64,000 nucleotides of DNA. It comes from Octopus sinensis (taxonomy: Eukaryota). This document shows positions 63,500-64,000 of the stretch, in pieces. The notes under the pieces were generated by a model. It was not told where the DNA came from and searched no databases. It worked only from the letters and a program-made list of their open reading frames with translations. The stretch lies in the NCBI RefSeq assembly GCF_006345805.1, contig NC_042999.1, forward strand, positions 148,428,001 to 148,492,000, in the 5' to 3' direction. Position 1 is the first letter of the stretch, and each line of letters starts with the position of its first letter. A program made the translations under genes and the position numbers.

Positions 63500-64000
63500 C
63501 TATAGAGAGTTGGACCATGTCTCATGTGCACTTACTATTTTGGCATGTTTTCCCTTACTATCAGCAACCCCTTGATACAATGGGTGCAAACCACCTGGAG
63601 TCTCAGTCCCTTGCCATCCTTTTTTTTAGTCCTAACATCATAGACCCTTTCTCACCACTTCATCCCATGTCTTCCTGGGTCTACACTTTCCACATTCTCA
63701 CTACAATTAGAGATTGGCACCTCTTGATGCAACTGTATTTACTCATACATATCACACGACTGTACCAGAACAGTCTTCTCTCTTGCATGCTACATCTGAT
63801 GCTATGTATACCCAGTTTTTCTCTCAAATCCCTTACACTCTGTCATATACACACACTGACATTAGCCATCCAGCCATTGCATATATCCTCAATAGCCACA
63901 GCCCATGTAGCATAGCTATTCATACACAGGCCTCATACTATCTACCTTTCACTCTGAAGGAAAAGCCCTTCATTACTAACAAAGGCAGTAGCTCTCTGAA
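63500..64000 (-). mobile_element. RTE LINE C-terminal fragment continuing past the window edge
   Basis: Minus strand RELLPLLVMKGFSFRVKGR..., homologous to the other RTE copies. Confidence 0.75.

Overview
Eukaryotic, AT-rich, repeat-dense genomic DNA. The SINE/RTE/CR1/microsatellite content suggests an octopus-like cephalopod (inference). The only host gene I can support is a partial minus-strand Csk-family tyrosine kinase. Six exons (33868-34087, 26790-26940, 16037-16136, 7062-7220, 3215-3314, 525-620; 826 nt) splice in frame through GT-AG sites and encode SH2, linker and kinase subdomains I-VIII; the 3' exons lie left of the window. The kinase is unusual: HRD is HCD, the glycine loop is degenerate (DKGEFS), and I found no SH3 exons, yet the VAVK lysine, DFG, catalytic Asp, the SH2 FLIRES arginine and the Csk RSRGR docking motif are kept. 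The rest is mostly transposon debris: RTE and CR1 LINEs, a Gypsy integrase with PPT and LTR, a Penelope GIY-YIG remnant, Tc1/mariner elements, MITEs and several tRNA-derived SINE families. The most striking structure is a set of four small (TA)n-abutting fold-back elements with a shared design. Three carry type I hammerhead ribozyme motifs, and one of those motifs lies in sense orientation inside a kinase intron. The RTE family here also has a PHD-type zinc finger inside its reverse transcriptase. Repeat boundaries are approximate unless TIRs or TSDs are cited.
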